Origin: Candidatus Bathyarchaeota archaeon
Lineage (GTDB): Archaea; Thermoproteota; Bathyarchaeia; 40CM-2-53-6
Length of the DNA: 64,000 bases
NCBI GenBank assembly: GCA_963833125.1
Contig: CAWHWX010000018.1
Coordinates: 64,001-128,000, forward strand
Reading direction: 5' to 3'
Positions within the stretch are counted from its first letter, which is position 1. Every line of letters begins with the position of its first letter. Made by a program: the position numbers and the translations under genes. This document shows positions 1-11,107 of this stretch, piece by piece. The notes beneath the pieces were generated by a model. That model was not told where the DNA came from and searched no databases. It saw only the letters and a program-made list of their open reading frames with translations.

Positions 1-24
1 CTCAATATTTAAAGCCATTATCGC

Positions 25-945
25 ATGCCGTTTCAGTGCATGGACGATAAGGTCATACCCTTAGCTGAAGCCATCGCGAAATTTGTCAAGGATGGAGATC
101 ATATCGCGCTTGGAGGTTGGGTCATTGCAAGATGCGTTGTAGCCGCAGTTCACGAAATCATTAGACAAAGAAAATGCAATCTCACAGTGAGCCAGGGCGT
201 CGCGGGTTTCGACACGGATTTGCTCGTCGGCTCTGGAGCTGTCAAGCATCTAAACATGTCTGGCGGATCGCTGGAGGACTTCGGCAGACTAAATCGGATC
301 AATAAAAAGATACTGGATCGAGAGATCGATGTTGAAGAGTACAGTGCGCTTGCAATGGCGACGAGATTCCTTGCCGGGGCGATGGGGTTACCGTATCTAC
401 CCACTCGTTCGCTGCTAGGCTCTACAATCTTGGAAAACCTTCAAATGAAAAATCCGCAAGTGGTCATCAAAGATAAGTGCCCGTTCACTGGTGACTCCTT
501 GGTATTACTGCGAGCTCTGAACCCGCAGACTGCAATCGTGCATGCTCAACGCGCTGACCGTGATGGGAATGCCCAAATCTTTGGTCCTCTGTGGGACACG
601 AAAGAGATAGTGGCGTCTGCAGATCGCGTCATACTCACGGTAGATGAGATAGTAGAGAAATCGGAGATCATACACAACGCTGAGATGACCGTGATCCCTT
701 CTTTTAGAGTTCTATCGGTAAGTTTGGTCCCCTTCGCCGCTCACCCGACCTCGTGCTATAGGCTCTACGATTACGATGCACAGCACCTCAGAGTTTATGC
801 CGAGGCGTCAGCCGATGATAAGACTTTCAAGGAGTACGTCAAAGAGAACATTCTCGCGAAGGGTAGCTTCGAGGAGTACCTAGAATCGGTCTGTCCAATG
901 AAGCGACGAGAGTTACTGAAAGCTGACTGGGAGAAGGGCTATTGA
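25..945 (+). CDS. CoA-transferase subunit A (glutaconate CoA-transferase alpha-like, family I)
   Basis: Motifs AIAKFVKDGD, RFLAGAMGLPYLP, IVHAQRADRDGNAQI and FAAHPTSC; true start may be the ATG at 40. Confidence 0.85.
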   Translation: MPFQCMDDKVIPLAEAIAKFVKDGDHIALGGWVIARCVVAAVHEIIRQRKCNLTVSQGVAGFDTDLLVGSGAVKHLNMSGGSLEDFGRLNRINKKILDREIDVEEYSALAMATRFLAGAMGLPYLPTRSLLGSTILENLQMKNPQVVIKDKCPFTGDSLVLLRALNPQTAIVHAQRADRDGNAQIFGPLWDTKEIVASADRVILTVDEIVEKSEIIHNAEMTVIPSFRVLSVSLVPFAAHPTSCYRLYDYDAQHLRVYAEASADDKTFKEYVKENILAKGSFEEYLESVCPMKRRELLKADWEKGY

Positions 946-1724
946 AGATGCCAGCACCGGGTGAGCCCACTAAAGAGGAGATTATGATAGTTACCGGCGC
1001 TCGTGCGCTGAAAGACAAAGAGTTGGTTCTAGTGGGAAAGGGGCTGCCGCAACTTTCAGCTACCCTAGCGAAGATGAGCCACGCTCCAAACATGAAGATG
1101 ATCCTCGAAGTAGGCGTTGTGAACTCTAAGCCCATAGATCCTACGATGGGCGTTGCGGATCCTAGGTTGTGGTATGAGGCGGAGTACATGAGTGGACTTG
1201 TTGACATTCTGGGAATGATGCTCCAGAGAGGAATAATTGACACAGGTTTCTTGGGGGGAGTTCAAATCGACACATATGGAAACTTGAACTCCACCATCGT
1301 AATGGACGAATCGGGGAAACAGAGACGCTTCATAGGGAGTGGAGGTGCAAACGATATAGCATCTCTCGCAAAGAGAACGGTCATAATAATGAAGCACGAA
1401 AGACGTAGGTTTCTTTCGCCTGTGCACTATGTCACTAGTCCAGGATACCTGAGTGGAGGGGATGAACGAAAAAGGCTAGGGCTTATGGGCTCCGGTCCCG
1501 AGATTGTCATAACCGATCTCTGCGTCTTCAGATTCAACCGGCAAACCAAAAAGTTGGAATTAGCGAGCACGCATCCAGGCGTAAGTTTCGAAAGCGTGCA
1601 AGAACATACCGGCTTCGAGGTAGAAAAGAGCAAGGACCTAAGTGGAAGTCCTCTACCGACTGAACGTGAATTAGAGTTACTGCGAAACGTCATAGACCCA
1701 AAGCATCAATATGTTGGAAAATGA
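942..1724 (+). CDS. CoA-transferase subunit B (GctB-like)
   Basis: ILEVG (catalytic Glu region), GFLGGVQIDTYGNLNST, GSGGANDIA and VITDLCVF; overlaps the subunit A stop. Confidence 0.85.
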   Translation: MKMPAPGEPTKEEIMIVTGARALKDKELVLVGKGLPQLSATLAKMSHAPNMKMILEVGVVNSKPIDPTMGVADPRLWYEAEYMSGLVDILGMMLQRGIIDTGFLGGVQIDTYGNLNSTIVMDESGKQRRFIGSGGANDIASLAKRTVIIMKHERRRFLSPVHYVTSPGYLSGGDERKRLGLMGSGPEIVITDLCVFRFNRQTKKLELASTHPGVSFESVQEHTGFEVEKSKDLSGSPLPTERELELLRNVIDPKHQYVGK

Positions 1725-1910
1725 GAAAGGCGATTCCTGTGATTATATTGATTATGACAGGTTTGGTCTATAGGCGTTTACATCTTTGACTATACTTTCA
1801 ACTTGCGATGCGTTTTGCGTTGCTTGCAATCAGGATATAACGGTGCCAACGAAATATCGAGATGGGTATTTCCACTCGAATAATCGAAAAACAACCGGAG
1901 AATCACGATT

Positions 1911-2881
1911 GTGAATCAACAGTTTTCGCGTTACGCATTAGATGTTAAAGAAAAGAGAAGAAAGATCGAAGAAAAAACTAAGTCGCCACAATCAAAGCTC
2001 ATGTCGGCGGACGAAGCAGTTAGACGGTTCATACACGAAGGCTCCCACGTCACGATTGGGGGATGCCTGTATTCACGAACCCCGACAGCGATCATCCATG
2101 AAATCATTAGACAGAAAGTCAGTGGGCTTACAATCTCGCGAAGCCTTCTTGGAATGGAAGGCGATTTGCTTGTTGGCGCATCCTTGCTGAGAAGGGCAAT
2201 TACGAGCTGGTGGAGCGTGGGTTACGCTTGGGGGATCTCTCCGTAATGCGTAAGGCCGTGGAAGAACAACGTGTTACATTCGAAGAGTGGAGTCATCTTT
2301 CACTCGGCCTCCGGTACAGAGCAGCGGCTATGGGGGTTACTTTCTTGCCTAGCTTCTCAATGCTCGGTTCGGACCTTCAGAGAGTGAACGCCGTTGAAAC
2401 AATTACTTGCCCATATTCTGGAGAAAAGGTGCTGGCTGTGCCAGCACTCTACCCGGACGTAGGAATCATTCACGCGCAAGTAGCTGACGAAGCCGGCAAC
2501 GTGCAAGTAGGCGGATACGAGTTCATGGACCAAGACATCGCTCAGGCCTCAGAAAGAGTCATAGTGACCGTGGAAAAGATCGTCAACTCGAAGGATATCA
2601 GAAGACATTCTGATAGGACGACCATTCCATTCTTCTGCGTCGACGCGATAGTGAAAGTACCATTTGGGGCTTACCCGAGCGAATGCTGGAATCTATATGA
2701 GGCAGATTTCGATCACTTTGCTCAGTTCACCGAGCGAACCAACAAGAATGGGATAGATGGGGCCTCGGATTACCTTAAGGAATTTGTTTACGGCACAGAA
2801 TCCTCTCAGGAGTTCTTGAAAAAGATTGGCTCAACTAAACTGAAGAAATTGAAGAGGAACATGCAAAATGTCATCACCTAA
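1911..2881 (+). CDS. second CoA-transferase subunit A (frameshift near 2240)
   Basis: ORFs 1911-2246 and 2210-2881 join into one GctA-like protein (YRAAAMGVTFLP, HAQVADEAGNVQ, PFGAYPSEC). Confidence 0.8.
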
Positions 2882-3650
2882 GCTCGAGTACTCGAAGTCG
2901 GAATTGATCGCCGTAACAACGGCTAGGCTACTGGAAGACAGGAAGACCATCTTTGTCGGAATAGGCCTACCGATGGCGGCAGCCTTGCTCGCACAATCCA
3001 CACACAGCCCAGATCTATCGATTATGTTCGAAGGCGGCATAATTGCCCCACAACTTAAGCCAGGCAAAATGCCGCTGTCAACCAATGAGGCACGAGCAGG
3101 ACGGAAGGCAATGGCGTTTTGCAGCATCACGGACATTTTCCTGTATCAACAGAGGGGTTTCTTGGATTACGGATTGCTCGGAGCGGCCCAGATAGATAAG
3201 TTCGGAAACCTCAACACATCAGTAATTGGAGATTCCCAAAAACCCAAGGTCAGGCTGCCAGGAAGTGGAGGAGCAAATGATATTGCAACTTCAGCAACTC
3301 GTGTGATTATCTGCGTGGTTCACGAAAAACGTCGTTTCGTAGAGAAAGTCGACTTTGTAACAAGCCCTGGACTGCTGAGCGGAGGAGATTCGAGACGTCA
3401 AGCAGGGTTGATCTTTGGGGGACCGTACAAAGTTGTAACGGACTTAGGAATCTTGGGCTTCGATTCAACGACGAAAGCGTTGAGGTTGGAAGCGGTTCAA
3501 GATGGAGTCGAACCTAACACTGTCTTGGAAAACACAGGATTCCATCTTCCCGTCGCAAGCCAAATTCAACAAATATCCCCTCCAAGTAAGCATGAACTTA
3601 AGATTCTGAGAGCAGTTGACCCTGAGAAAGTTATGGTGCGTGGAGGTTAA
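2868..3650 (+). CDS. second CoA-transferase subunit B
   Basis: VGIGLP, MFEGG, GAAQIDKFGNLNTS, RLPGSGGANDIA. Confidence 0.85.
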   Translation: MSSPKLEYSKSELIAVTTARLLEDRKTIFVGIGLPMAAALLAQSTHSPDLSIMFEGGIIAPQLKPGKMPLSTNEARAGRKAMAFCSITDIFLYQQRGFLDYGLLGAAQIDKFGNLNTSVIGDSQKPKVRLPGSGGANDIATSATRVIICVVHEKRRFVEKVDFVTSPGLLSGGDSRRQAGLIFGGPYKVVTDLGILGFDSTTKALRLEAVQDGVEPNTVLENTGFHLPVASQIQQISPPSKHELKILRAVDPEKVMVRGG

Positions 3651-3655
3651 GTTTG

Positions 3656-4928
3656 ATGAGTAATCCGAGGGAAGCAGTATCTTCGTACATCGATAAGAAC
3701 CGCGAGGAAGTTGTGGAATTTCTACGTAAACTCATCTCATTTCCCAGTGTTACTGGTAACGAGAGGGAAATTCAAATTTTCATTTCGAACTGGTTGAAAG
3801 ATTCGTTACACGTCAAGGTCGATGTCTGGGAGCCGAAAATCGAAGAACTTAGGAAACATCCGGGATATGTCCCGGTGGATAAAGACTACAAGGATAGGCC
3901 GAACGTGGTTGGCCTGTATACGGGAGATGGGTTAGGCCGTTCCCTTCTTTTCAACGGCCACGTAGACGTCATACCTGCAGGGGCGAGTGATACGTGGAAT
4001 ACCGATCCCTGGATTGGGACGATCCGGGAAGGAAAGCTCCACGGGCGTGGCGCTTCGGACATGAAAGCTGGTCTGGCAGGTTACACTATGGCTATGAACG
4101 CAATAATCAAGTCCGGATTGAAGCTAAAGGGAGATGTAATCCTAGAATACACGGTCGATGAGGAACTCAGCGGAAACGGAACACTCGCTTGCGTCACAAG
4201 GGGCTACAAGGCAGATGCAGGGATCAGTGGAGAGACTAGCAGTATGTACGTACAACCGGCCTGCATCGGCCGAATATGGTATGAGATCTACGTGAAAGGG
4301 AGACCAGCAGGGATTCAAACGCAATGGGATGGAGTCAATGCGATCGATAAGGGCTACGCAGTTACAAAGGCTGTTTCGGATTTCCAGGAAATACGTATGG
4401 GAAAAGTCAAACATCACCTTTACCCGAATATTAGAGAAACGATTCCTTGTCTAGTAGGAGTTTTTCAGTCTGGTTCCTATCCCAGTGCTTTCCCAGACTC
4501 ATGCCTCCTCAAGGGCAGCATGGCAACCGTGCCTGGAGAAAATTCTGACGAAGTCAAGAAACAGTTCAGTGAACACTTGAAAGCGGCCGCAATGGCCGAT
4601 CCCTGGTTGAAGGACCACATTCCAACGGTCAAGTACACCGGATATTTCGCAGAACCATCCGAGATACCAACCAATCATGAGATTGTGAAATGTCTGAGAT
4701 CAGCATACAAGGAGGCTTTGGGCGAAGAAGCCGATGTCAGCGGAAGGACTGGCGCCGCGGACATAAGATTCCTCAACAAGTATGGCGGCACGCCCACCGT
4801 AATATTCGGCCCTGGCCCCACCGATCAGATGCATGCCACGAACGAATATGTGAGAGTAGATGATTTGATAGCGGCAACGAAAGTCTACGCAGTTAGCTAT
4901 ACTGGACTGGTGCGCAGTCGTCGCGTGA
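3656..4928 (+). CDS. ArgE/DapE-family M20 deacylase/peptidase (frameshift near 4895 restores the C-terminus AILDWCAVVA)
   Basis: FNGHVDVIP, GRGASDMKAG, VDEE, FGPG...MHATNEYV metal-binding motifs. Confidence 0.85.
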
Positions 4929-4944
4929 AGAGCTGGACGATTCA

Positions 4945-5902
4945 ATGGCACGGATCAAGTTCGGATTAACATTACAGAACTACGTTGCACCTGGAGAGAC
5001 GATTAGCCCTAAGACGCTAATCAAACACGCAATCAGAGCCGAGGAATTGTGCTTTTCCTCAGTCTGGGTTTGGGACCATATATTACTCGGATCGAAGAGT
5101 GTCTTTCCCGTTCACGACTCGTTGACCATGCTAACCGCTGTAGCGGTGAGAACAGATAGAGTCAGGCTTGGAACAGGGATATTGGTTCTCTCGATCAGAA
5201 ACCCAGTGGTCCTAACCAAACAGGTAGCAACACTAGACAACCTAAGCGAAGGGCGGGTTACACTTGGAGTTGCCGCTGGTTGGTACGAGCGAGAGTTTCA
5301 AGCGTGCGGGTACCCGTTTGACACTCGTGGCCGAACGCTTCAAACGAATATTGAGATCATGAAACGTTTATGGACCGAGAACGGAGTGACTGGCCAGTAC
5401 GGCCAATATTCATTCAAAAACGTAACCATGGAACCTAAACCATTCCAGAAACCTCATCCACCTCTTTGGATGGGAGGATACGTTGACTCGGTTTTGCGTC
5501 GAGTGGGTAAGCTAGCTGACGGATGGATATCGTACTTCTACACGCCGAAAAGTTTCGAGAAGAGTTGGTTAAAGGTACTTGAAAGCGCGAAATCGTCAGT
5601 GCAAGAACGTCGACACATTTGGAAACTGTGACATGGTCCCCATCAGGATCGATCGGAGTCAAGCGGAAGCGCGACGTGTAACGAACGAATTCATAGCGGG
5701 CCATTGTGATTTGCCCAAATGGAGCGAAGCCACACCCGACAGCGCAATAATCGGCACAGTCAAAGAATGCGCGAACATGGTCGAATCCTTCGCCAAGGCA
5801 GGCGTACAGGAACTCGTATTGATGCCTTCCGTAGCCCAACTCTCAGAGATAGACGAGCAGATAGAAGTATGTGGCAAGGAGCTGATACCGTCCTTCTCGT
5901 AA
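4945..5902 (+). CDS. LLM-class flavin/F420-dependent oxidoreductase (frameshift near 5600)
   Basis: VWVWDH, RVRLGTGILVL, TLDNLSEGRVTLGVAAGW and PKPFQKPHPPLWMGG; C-terminus lies in ORF 5579-5902. Confidence 0.85.
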
Positions 5903-5903
5903 G

Positions 5904-6186
5904 TTAGCCGCCGTCGATAACACCGAATAGAACAACATCGTCACCATTCGTCAACTGAGTCGTCAGAGCGACAGTTTCCTTTCCATTTACAAATATCTTG
6001 AATTTAGAATCCAATCTTCCGTCGTGGCCGATAATTTCCTCCTCCAATCGTCCTGAGGTCATCTCATTCAATGTCGCAATGAGATCACCAACCGTGCGCC
6101 CATTCGTCTCAACTTGCTGCCTCTTGGTTCCTAGTATCATCTGCCATAAACCGAACAGCGCTCACATTGACAGATATGGAACTCAA
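5904..6186 (-). CDS. MoaD/ThiS-family ubiquitin-like sulfur carrier (SAMP-like); frameshift near 6160
   Basis: IFVNG...LTNGDDVVLFGVIDGG with C-terminal GG; N-terminus MSSISVNV..LFGLWQ recoverable from a TTG at 6186 with one indel. Confidence 0.8.
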
Positions 6187-6405
6187 TCTCGCACAGACTC
6201 CTTCACAAAATGTCGACCGCTATCTGATGCCTCTTCATGACCAGTCACACTCTATATTCATCGAGCGAGGCATTTACTTTTCCCGATTTTCATTGGACGT
6301 TCGATTGCGGTTATGTGCGCAGTAACAACAAACAACTCTAGGAGATATTCTAGAGTTACGTTAATTAGAACACGCCCGATAGGGTGATTCTAATTCGGTG
6401 AATTC

Positions 6406-8701
6406 ATGCAAACTCTTGAGGGCATTCAACGATCAAATAACGAGGAAACACGCGTTGACGCTTTACAGAAAGTGCTCGGCAAGACCAGGTACACTACTGA
6501 CATGATTGAGCAAACGGCACTTTACCTAAGGCTTGTTCGTTCCCCACACGCCCACGCCATTGTCAAGAGGATTGACTTTTCAGCTGCAGAGAAAATCAGC
6601 GGCGTAGTGAAGGTTGTAACTGGTAAGGATGTCCCAGGAGCTAACGAGGTAGGCTTCTTCATACAAGACCAACCATTGTTCTGCGATCATAAAGTGAGGT
6701 TCGTCGGCGACACCGTCGCCATGGTGATCGCTACGACTCCCGAGGCCGCTGAAATTGGCGTCGAAGCGGTAACGGTGGATTACGAACCGCTCCCAGCAGT
6801 CTACGATCCTCAGGAAGCTCTGAAGAGCGACGCGGCGAAAATCCATGAGAAAGGTAACTTTCTCGATAGCTTCTTGGTTAGAAAGGGGGATGTTGAGAAA
6901 GGATTTCGCGAAGCCGATGTGGTGGTTAATGGCACCTATCAGACTCCTGTCCAAGAGCAAGCGTATCTTGAGACTGAGGCCGCCTTGGCGTATCCGATAC
7001 CTGATGGTATCGCCGTCCTCGGCTCGATGCAATGCCCCTTTGCTGTAGAAAAGGCCGTAAAGGTCGTTCTTGGAAAAGCTGTTTCCAATGTCCGCATAAT
7101 TCTGGCGCCAACAGGTGGAGCATTTGGCGGGAAGGAGGATGCTCCGGACGAGGTTTGTGCTAGAGCTGCTCTGGCCACTTATCTTACCAAGAAACCTGCG
7201 CTTCTTGCCTTTTCGCGTGAAGAATCCACAATCTTCCATCCCAAGCGACATCCCATCAGAATTGAGAGAAAGATGGGAGTTACTCGTAAGGGGAAAATTA
7301 CGGCGGTTGAAGCCAACATTTTGCTTGACGGAGGAGCATACGCATCACTGAGCTCACGAGTCCTTTTCCAGTCCGTGTGCTTGGTCTCAGGCGCGTACGA
7401 TGTTCCTAACGTGCAGGTAGATGGAGCGGTTGCTTACACGAATAAAGTTCCGATGGGCGCATTCCGAGGTTTCGGTAAGCCTCAAGCACTCTTCGCCGCA
7501 GAGCTCCAGATGGATGAGGCCGCTGAGCAGCTGCATATGGACCCGTTTGAATTCAGACGCAATAACATCCTTCGAGTTGGATCAAAGACGGCCACCGGGC
7601 AATTACTCTCTAGTAGCGTTGGCCTCGAAGAATGTTTGCTAAAAGCTGCGGAGGAGTCCGGATGGAAGAACAAGAGGCAGTTGTATTCGAAACCACAGGT
7701 TGGCGAGTTGCGTCGTGGCATTGGCATGGCCTGCATGATTCACCCGACGAGCCTAGGGCCGCTTGGCGTAGACGTTGGATCTGGAATTGTTCAAGTCACC
7801 CAAGATGGGACGGTGCAAGTATTCACCGGGATGACTGAGTATGGTCAAGGGATCTACACCGGTTTCGTGAAGATCGTCGCCAAGGATACTGGGTCTGAAG
7901 AATACGAAGATCAACGTCGAGATGGTGGATACGAATCTGGCGTTGGATTCAGGTCCCACGGTAGCTTCCAGAAGCACCGTCATGGGCGGCAAGGCGCTCT
8001 ATCTAGCGGCAATTCAACTTAAAGACAAAATGGCGCGAGTAGCCGCAGAGTCCCTATCTTGCAAACCAGAAGACCTACTCTGGGAAAATGATGTGATAAA
8101 GCAAAGGTCGGGCACGAAAGAGTTGACCTTCGCTGAACTCGTGAACGAATGCCGACGCAAAGGACTTGACCTCAAGGAAGAAGCCTGGAACCGTGCAACT
8201 GGCATCAACTGGGATAAGGAAAAGGGGGAGGGTTCGCCTTGGAAGTCGTATTCATGGGCTGTTCACGTCGCGGAAGTTCAGGTTGACGTTGAAACCGGAA
8301 AAGTGGACTTGCTGAACTATGTAGCCGCTCATGATTCTGGCACCGTGATTCTTCCAACTCAATTCAAGAGCCAGATTTACGGTGGTGTCGTTCAAGGTCT
8401 CGGATACGCCTTGATGGAGGAGCTTCTTATCGGGAATAAAGGGCAAATCATGAACCCCGGATTCCTCGACTACTACATCCCAACCTTCGCGGACGTCTCA
8501 ACAATCAAACCGATTCTGGTCGAGGCTCCTGACTTAGAAAACGGACCGTTTGGAGCGAAGGGGATAGGTGAACCGCCAATCGAGCCAGTTGCTGCCGCAG
8601 TCGGTAACGCTGTCTACAACGCCCTCGGATTTCCAATTCGAACATTCCCTTACACCCCAGAGCGGGTTCAGACAGCTCTTGCGGCAAGAGATAGCTCATG
8701 A
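6406..8701 (+). CDS. xanthine dehydrogenase family molybdopterin-binding subunit (frameshift near 7885)
   Basis: VRSPHAHA, GGAFGGK, GAFRGFG, TEYGQG, GPTVASR and GPFGAKGIGE. Confidence 0.9.
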
Positions 8702-9597
8702 AATCATTCCAATACCTAGCCCCCATTGCTCCGTTCAACTACCTAAGACCAAACGACATGACTGAATTACTCGACGCGATGACCCAGTATGGTTCAAAGG
8801 CAAAGTTGATCGCGGGCGGTACCGACCTTACCATCGCCCTAAAACACCGCTCGATCCACCCCGAAACAATAATCGATCTTAACCGGCTTCGGCCCACTTT
8901 ATCCGGAATAACGCTGACTAAGAACAGTCTGCGAATCGGTGCTATGACAACCTACACGGAACTTGAACTAAACCCGAATGTCAAACGTTTTGCGAGGGCT
9001 TTGAGTGAGGCTGCTTCACAAGTTGGAACTTATCAGATCAGGAATCTCGGAACGATCGGAGCGAATCTAGCCAATGGTTCTCCAGCCGCCGACACGGCGC
9101 CTCCGCTCATCACCCTCTCGGCGAAAGTAAACATGCAAGCCAAAAGTGGAGAGAGAACAATGCTCGTAGAAGATTTCTTCACAGGGGTAAAGAAGACAGC
9201 GATCCGCCCCGATGAAGTGATTACTTCCGTGGAGATTCCTCAAACCCAGGGTGTTTCGAGCTACTGGATGCGAGCCGCAAAACGAAATGAGAACGTAATT
9301 TCTGTAGTCTCAGTCGCGGTCGCCTCCGAAGTGAAAGACAAAGACTTCGGAACCAGCAGAATCGCTCTCGGAGCAGTCGCGCCCACTCCAATCCTCGCAA
9401 GGAAAAGCTCTGAGAAACTTACGGGAAGCCCAGTCACTGAAGAGGCAATTGAAGCAGTCGCCAAGACTGCTGGCGATGAAAGCAGGCCAATAACGGATGT
9501 GAGGGCTAGCGCCGAATATAGAAGGCAACTGGTCCGTGTCCTTACAAAGAGGTCCATCAGGAAGGTGGTGGAGATCGCGAGGGGAATCGAGAAATGA
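8698..9597 (+). CDS. xanthine dehydrogenase family FAD-binding subunit
   Basis: LIAGGTDL, QIRNLGTIGANLANGSPAAD, DVRASAEYRR. Confidence 0.9.
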   Translation: MKSFQYLAPIAPFNYLRPNDMTELLDAMTQYGSKAKLIAGGTDLTIALKHRSIHPETIIDLNRLRPTLSGITLTKNSLRIGAMTTYTELELNPNVKRFARALSEAASQVGTYQIRNLGTIGANLANGSPAADTAPPLITLSAKVNMQAKSGERTMLVEDFFTGVKKTAIRPDEVITSVEIPQTQGVSSYWMRAAKRNENVISVVSVAVASEVKDKDFGTSRIALGAVAPTPILARKSSEKLTGSPVTEEAIEAVAKTAGDESRPITDVRASAEYRRQLVRVLTKRSIRKVVEIARGIEK

Positions 9598-10088
9598 AGC
9601 CCGAACCACTAGTCGAAATAACATGCACCGTCAACAGAACGATCCTCCACAGGAAGATTCTACCGAACCTTACACTCTGTGACTTCTTACATGACGAAGT
9701 CGGCACCACTGGTGTGAAGAAAGGCTGCGACACCGGCGAATGTGGGGCCTGTACCGTCTTAATGGATGGAAAACCTGTCACCTCATGCCTCGTACTAGCT
9801 CCGCAATTGGATGGGCATGAAATCACAACTATCGAAGGATTAGGAAGTGAAACAGCGCTGCATCCGGTTCAGGAGGCGTTCATCGAACTTGACGCGGCCC
9901 AATGCGGATATTGTATCCCAGGCATGATAATGACCGCCTCAGCATTATTGAAAGACAAACCGAACATTACAGAAAGCGAACTCAGACGTTACCTTTCAGG
10001 TAATCTTTGTAGATGCACCGGATATCAACAACAACTCCAAGCAGTCGTGCTGGCCTCCAAAAAGATGATAGGCCGCACGAACAAATGA
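9594..10088 (+). CDS. xanthine dehydrogenase family 2Fe-2S subunit
   Basis: GCDTGECGACTV, QCGYCIPG, GNLCRCTGY. Confidence 0.92.
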   Translation: MKPEPLVEITCTVNRTILHRKILPNLTLCDFLHDEVGTTGVKKGCDTGECGACTVLMDGKPVTSCLVLAPQLDGHEITTIEGLGSETALHPVQEAFIELDAAQCGYCIPGMIMTASALLKDKPNITESELRRYLSGNLCRCTGYQQQLQAVVLASKKMIGRTNK

Positions 10089-10178
10089 ATTAGATTGCTC
10101 CTACGTAAGAATACACCTTGGGCGATGCGATAAAACTCCCACAAAGAAGGCACTGATTGGAGTCAAGGGACGAGCTAA

Positions 10179-10460
10179 ATGGGTAACGCTGATCGAGAAT
10201 TCAACGACAGAAGCGATAATCCTCATCAGGTAAGGACAACGAAGACTCAATTTGCGTCGGGCAGTCAATCAAGTCATTGGCTATTGATTCGCTGCCCCGA
10301 ATGTGACTCCGCTCTTAAAATTGTCCCAAACCAAAAGGAAAGCCCCGATGGTTACGTCTTCGCTGAGTTGGATAAGCACGAACAATGTTCGAATCCAAAT
10401 TGCCGGCTATCTTTCCGGGCGACAGTCGACATAAGCGTCTCAAAGCAACCAACGAAATAA
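10179..10460 (+). CDS. small Cys-rich putative zinc-finger protein
   Basis: CPEC ... CSNPNC pairs; abuts the next ORF. Confidence 0.5.
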   Translation: MGNADREFNDRSDNPHQVRTTKTQFASGSQSSHWLLIRCPECDSALKIVPNQKESPDGYVFAELDKHEQCSNPNCRLSFRATVDISVSKQPTK

Positions 10461-10461
10461 A

Positions 10462-10668
10462 ATGGTTGAAACTGGATTGATCTATAGACACCTCTTGGCT
10501 CTTCAATGTCCATACTGCGGTAGTTCTAACATCATTTCCTCGATGTTCGAAAAACAAGATGGCGCATCAGGCTACTATATTATGGAGACGAAGGGCTCAC
10601 AAACAGATTGTGCCGGGTGCAGCAGAAAATTCTACTACCAGATCCGTGACCTCCACGTAACCCCATAA
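10462..10668 (+). CDS. small putative zinc-ribbon protein
   Basis: CPYCG ... CAGC pairs; starts 1 nt after the previous stop. Confidence 0.6.
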   Translation: MVETGLIYRHLLALQCPYCGSSNIISSMFEKQDGASGYYIMETKGSQTDCAGCSRKFYYQIRDLHVTP

Positions 10669-10759
10669 CCAAGGGCCCTCTCGAAACCCAAAAAATCAGC
10701 CAGGAAGACGTTTGATGAAAAAGGGGATTTCTCGTAGTTACCGGTACTAGGATCTTCGC

Positions 10760-10912
10760 CTAGTATTTTCGGTGCTTCTGGTAGCAGTCTCTACAGTAGA
10801 CTGGTTTACCAGTTGTTGGCACAAACGGTACTTGCGTATCGGCGCCGCATTCGGAGCATTTGACATTCGTCATTTGCCTCGGGGCACGATCGCTTCTATT
10901 GTCATAACCCAT
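10760..10912 (-). CDS. CxxC-x17-CxxC domain zinc-ribbon protein (50 aa, not in the ORF track)
   Basis: Manual translation MGYDNRSDRAPRQMTNVKCSECGADTQVPFVPTTGKPVYCRDCYQKHRKY matches the CxxCG..VPF.P...PVYCxxC pattern. Confidence 0.9.
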   Translation of the reverse strand: MGYDNRSDRAPRQMTNVKCSECGADTQVPFVPTTGKPVYCRDCYQKHRKY

Positions 10913-11107
10913 TTCGTTTTCCACCGTCCCAATTTTTTAGTTATACGAAAGATAATACTCGCCGCGGTAATCGGCATGACCTTGACGGTCGTCCCATCAT
11001 CCACGCAGGTAAGATCTCCAGTATACCGCCTGCGCAATAGGCAAGACCCCCATAAAAACTGATTCCGCGCTCATGCTTTGAGACAATTGGAGATGGGAGG
11101 CGGAAAA

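Noticed and set aside
10772-11062. 96-aa plus-strand ORF
   Set aside because: Antisense shadow of the CxxC-x17-CxxC gene and its leader.
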